Below are positions 63,422 through 64,000 of a stretch of 64,000 nt of DNA, piece by piece. Numbering within the stretch: position 1 is the first letter of the stretch; every line of letters starts with the position of its first letter. A program made the position numbers and the translations under genes. Source of the DNA: Rhina ancylostomus. Taxonomy: Eukaryota. The notes beneath the pieces were generated by a model, which saw only the letters and a list, made by a program, of their open reading frames with translations, ran no database searches and was not told where the DNA came from. Location of the stretch: the NCBI GenBank assembly GCA_030265395.1, contig JARFYF010000059.1:16371206-16435205 (forward strand), written 5' to 3'.

Positions 63422-64000
63422 AATCCATGTACGTGTGTGTCTTTCTTTCTCTTCACCCTATCTCAGTCAACCACATGTAATACTGTTTCAGTTGACATTA
63501 TTTCTCTCAGTAAATTATTCATTAAGATGATAATGTAAAACTCATAATGTGAACAAAATCTCAGATGTTGCCCAGTCTCCATCACTAATGTACTTTGGCC
63601 CCTAAAATTACTGTCCCTTTATTGTGACAAGCAAAATTTAAATTGACGGGCAGCAGGGTTTTGCACTGTGAAGTGTGTATGTACATGTATTAGAGTTGCT
63701 GATTGGTTTTATTGTTTTGAATAGTATTTTTTAATTGTGAGATCAATAATTATTTCAAAATATAGCAGTCATCCAAATTTTGTACTTTTGTGCCATCACT
63801 AAACATCGTCCATGTGTGTCACGGTAATTCCTATATTTCGACATCAAACACATCCAGGTACATTTTCTGGGAGTGTGGAACAGACTGCCCATTATTGTAA
63901 TGTCATTTTTTACTAGTGCTGATAAATGAATGCAATTCAATTCCAATAAACTTCAATTCTTTGCTTTTATAGAACAAAAGGATGAGGTTGTAAAGCAGAA

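Noticed and set aside
1-64000. CRISPR array, operon or prokaryotic defence system
   Set aside because: The DNA is eukaryotic with intron-exon structure, and no regularly spaced repeat-spacer array was seen.

Overview
This is vertebrate genomic DNA, not prokaryotic. It is AT-rich and repeat-dense with several N gaps, and the repeats (CR1, L2, Rex1/Babar, RTE, Penelope-like elements, Deu- and V-SINEs) suggest a cartilaginous fish. Three spliced genes lie on the + strand in the same order as the human 1p36 block: (1) the 3' part of DRAXIN, six coding exons, 1-10966; (2) AGTRAP, 17789-28892, with part of exon 4 lost in a gap; (3) a C1orf167-like gene starting at a CpG island near 33.4 kb, with a 1.87-kb exon and many small exons, running off the window end. 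Most ORFs in the supplied track are spurious or span gaps. Main observations: many Penelope pseudo-LTR fragments, often arranged as palindromes, carry a decayed minimal type I hammerhead ribozyme that can be rebuilt from the copies; the C1orf167-like exons encode repeated SFI1-like (centrin-binding) Trp motifs; AGTRAP has two frame-compatible terminal exons, and the canonical one has an in-frame TAG just before a conserved-looking C-terminus; there are also local duplications and nested insertions. Exon boundaries were read by hand. Repeat boundaries and family names come from motif recall and are approximate.
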